From: Octopus bimaculoides | Lineage: Eukaryota | NCBI RefSeq assembly: GCF_001194135.2 | Contig: NC_068988.1 | Span: 39,133,000 to 39,170,249, forward strand | DNA length: 37,250 nucleotides | Direction of reading: 5' to 3' | Shown: one piece after another, positions 33,939 through 37,250 of the stretch | Layout of the letters: each line of letters begins with the position of its first letter | How positions within the stretch are numbered: the stretch's first letter is position 1 | Notes under the pieces: model-generated | The model's input: only the letters and a program-made list of their open reading frames with translations | Databases searched by the model: none | Told to the model about the DNA's origin: nothing | Program-made: the position numbers and the translations under genes

Positions 33939-34744
33939 ATACAGGCCGTAATAAACAGATTAATCATAAGAATAGAGAAAAGTAATTAAATTGCTCATCT
34001 TTTCATTTTGTCTTCTTTTGAAACCAAAAATATTGTTAGAGATAGAATCAGGGAGACGATATACACTATAAATTACGTTCTTCGTTCTCTTTGTAGTAGA
34101 GACAATAGTTTGTTGGAAGAAAATATCTTACTGTACATAAATTACAATAAAATATATCTTGCTGTAAGTATCTAACTGTATATAAATACGTGTCTTACAT
34201 TCTGCGGATAAATCCCGATGGTGAAGTGTTTTTTATCTGCTTTGGGGTTCATAAAAATGAGTACCCTACGTTATTGTTTTCTCTAGTTAAGCTTTAATCG
34301 GGCAGATCTATGTCTAAAGACATTCCAGTGGTGGCTATCCCGCCTCCTAATATATCTAGGTCTCTATTATCTTAAAATATCCTACCATATTTTAAGACAT
34401 AGATTGTGATGTGAGAGACATCGGCTACTATTTCTTGCAGGTTAAGTAACACCAAAGATGTTCTTTTGTTGGCTTGATTGGTACCAGTAATATAATGATG
34501 GGTTCACTGAATCCTCAATACTCCACCCATCTAAATATGTGACTCTATTTTAAATCACAGTGAGAGGCAGCAGATTGCCATGGATAAGTTGGGTGGTGAA
34601 TGGCAGAATCACTGGAACCACAGTTTGAATAGTACAGAGTATTTAATAACAATCCTTACGCTTCAAGTTCAAATCTCACCACAGTCCTCTTGGGTCAGTA
34701 GAATAATGGTAGTATCTAGTAGTCAGAGAAAGGTGGTGGTTCTG

Positions 34745-34980
34745 CAACTTTTTGTTGAACAACATGCGCAAATGGTTTGTTTATAGTGATCAAATAAATG
34801 TGTTGCATATCAGCTGCACCCCCTCCAGCAAATCGAGGAGGCCTGAACAGATGCACACTGCACCATACGTCAGGTGCCAACGTGATCGCAGAGCGATGTG
34901 AAGTGAAGTGCTTTGCTCAAGAACACAACGCATCATCCGGCCCAGGGATCATGGGTGTAATGCTCCTAACCATCAGGCCT
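34745..34980 (-). mobile_element. Probable SINE family 4 (decayed tRNA-type head)
   Basis: Minus strand GGCCTGATGGTTAGGAGC...GCGTTGTGTTCTTGAGCAAAGCACTTCACTTCAC. The CTTGAGCAAxGCACTT block is typical of SINE bodies just after the head. The 3' end is uncertain. Confidence 0.55.
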
Positions 34981-35160
34981 TGCAACTTCGGATCAAATAA
35001 AGCAAGTACTATTCAAGTACTGATGCCAAACTTATAGGATGTACTCTTTCCCCTCATATGTCTGGTCATTTTGTGAAATCTATAGACAACCCAGTATTCA
35101 AACTCATGTATCATTGACACACTTTCTCTAACAAAAATTGTTAGCTGCTACGACTCTTAT

Positions 35161-35375
35161 AATGATTTCAAATTTTGACGCAAGACTAGAAATTTCGGGG
35201 TTAGGGTAAGTCGATTATATCGACACCAGTATTCAACTGGTACTTATTTTATCACCCCGAAAGGATGAAAAGCCACGTCGATCTCGGTAGAATTTGAACT
35301 CAGAACATAAAGGCGGACGAAATGCCGCTTAGTATTTTGCCCGACGTGCTGACGATTCTGCTAGCTCTCCACCTT
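35161..35375 (-). mobile_element. SINE family 1, full length
   Basis: Plus strand GTCGATTATATCGACACCAGTATTCAACTGGTACTTATTTTATC...AGAATTTGAACTCAGAAC...GACGAAATGCCGC...GATTCTGCTAGCTCTCCACC. Confidence 0.9.
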
Positions 35376-36003
35376 TTAACTCTTATGGGAAGTTACCATA
35401 TGTCACTGTGCCACTCACTGATGACTTAGAAAGTCTCTGTGTGGTCAGTCGATATGTTAGAAATAGTAGTCACATTTTCAAACTCCGATCTATGGTATCA
35501 CATAAATAAATAAATGTAGAAATAAAAAGAAAGGACACACTGGATATGAACTTGGGAAAAAATTGCTGCAATATCTCTCAGATATTCTAGTTCTGTCGGT
35601 TTATTTACATACAGCATAAGAGATAATGTAGTCAAAGACATGCTGCTGAAAGAAGCTATGGTCACAGCTGGAAAGTTTTTCATTAAACATCAACTCAATA
35701 AGAGTCGACCAGAGGCTGAACAATAGTCAATTCTATATGCAAACAACAGTTTCTTTTTACGACAAAACATAGAAACCTCTTCACACAAAACAAACAACAA
35801 ATTGAAGTTTTAGCTACTAAAGAGGAGATATTTTAAATAACGTCAGTCACTAGACAATTGTACAAATTGTGCGATGTTGCTTGATGTTTTAGGTTTTTGC
35901 CAAATTATTTCCTGGTTCTGGAATGTTAACTTCATAGATTATTCGAGTAATTTTGTATAATAGCATCGTCATTATGGCTATCTATATTAACATACTAAAT
36001 ATA

Positions 36004-36076
<73 letters not shown>

Positions 36077-36432
36077 ATATATATATATATATTTATATAT
36101 GGTAAATGGTTGTTGGAGATATTGTTTAGTTAATTGTAGTAGTAGCAGTAGGAGTGACAATGACAGAAATGAATGACATTAGTGTATTATGCAATATACA
36201 TACATACATACCTACATACATGCATACAAGCAAATACATACACATAAAACACACGCACATACATATATGCGCACGCACTCACTCGCACACACTCAGACAC
36301 ACACATCACAGATACACAATTTAAACACATATACACGTATTGATATGTGTATCTATTTCTCTCTCTCTCCCCTCTCTCTTTCTCACACGTACAAGTGTGT
36401 GTGTGTGTGTGTCTGTGTGTGTCTGTGTGTGT

Positions 36433-36471
<39 letters not shown>

Positions 36472-36510
36472 TGTGTGTCTGTGTGTGTGTCTGTGTGCAT
36501 GTTCTCTGTT

Positions 36511-36740
36511 ACTTTTATCTTTTACTTGTTTTAATCATTAGACTGCGGCCATAATAGGGCAACACCTTGAAGAAATTTAGTCGAACAAATCGACCCCAGA
36601 ACTCTTTTTTTAAATCCTGGCACTTATTTTATCGTTCACTTTTGCCGAACTGCTAAGTTAAAGGGACGTGAACGCATCAACAACGGTTGTCAAGCGGTGC
36701 TGGGTGTGGGGTGAAACAAACACGAAGACACACACACACA
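36511..36740 (-). mobile_element. SINE family 2, 3' half
   Basis: CTTTTACTTGTTTTAATCATTAGACTGCGGCCAT...TTAGTCGAACAAATCGACCCCAG...GCTAAGTTA...ACGGTTGTCAAGCGG. Confidence 0.8.
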
Positions 36741-37160
36741 CGTCTGAAATTTAACTATATGTGCTGTTGACGATTTCTTTTCCTTCTTTGGACTTTTTCC
36801 TTTCTCCTTTCCGACGAAGTGCAATGCTCAAAACATCAAACCCCCGTTTCATCGAGCGTCATGCTAATACATCCCTTGTGCACATCCTCTTGTCCGTTAA
36901 TTTTACTCGTTTATTTGAATTGACTCTCTCTCTATCTCTGTTCGGCTGCTCTGCATTGACAAGGGGCAACACCCTGAAACTAGTCTAGTCTGCAGATGCC
37001 AAACCAGCAAGGGGAAGCTGCTGACCTCCCCTATTCGAAGGTTATAAAGGACACAGATTCGTGTGTCACATAGCTAGCTAGAGGCGATGGCCTCTTGGAG
37101 CTAATCCACGTCAGCATTCGTCCTATATTTGGGACTGCCATGTTGGCTTGGTGATAATTA

Positions 37161-37187
<27 letters not shown>

Positions 37188-37191
<4 letters not shown>

Positions 37192-37250
37192 GGGAGAATA
37201 TACAAAAACTAACAACAGACGAGGACAGGTGGTGTAAATAACAAAAGTAT
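37188..37250 (+). mobile_element. (TA)n-anchored element terminus, same family as 11594-11650, running off the window end
   Basis: ATATATGGGAGAATATACAAAAACTAACAACAGACGAGGACAGGTGGTGTAAATAAC. Confidence 0.6.

Overview
This is eukaryotic, AT-rich, repeat-saturated genomic DNA from a fragmented short-read assembly with many N gaps. The SINE content and microsatellite density suggest a coleoid cephalopod, probably Octopus (inference, not checked by search). I recognise no complete host gene. Nearly all listed ORFs are microsatellite or gap artefacts. The supported content is: four tRNA-type SINE families (family 2 carries an internal microsatellite); an older dispersed repeat; an RTE-like LINE 3' end with two C2H2 fingers; an L1/Tx1-type RT fragment; an internally deleted Tc1/mariner element; a MITE with ~105-bp inverted repeats; (TA)n-anchored Penelope-like termini with degenerate hammerhead-like motifs; and a ~275-bp tandem repeat conserving an AP-1/E-box motif. 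A few minus-strand exon candidates may belong to an unidentified spliced gene (low confidence). I found no clearly new biological system. The best leads are the hammerhead-like motifs, the 275-bp repeat and the exon chain. Several duplications next to gaps are probably assembly artefacts. Family numbers are my own labels and repeat boundaries are approximate.
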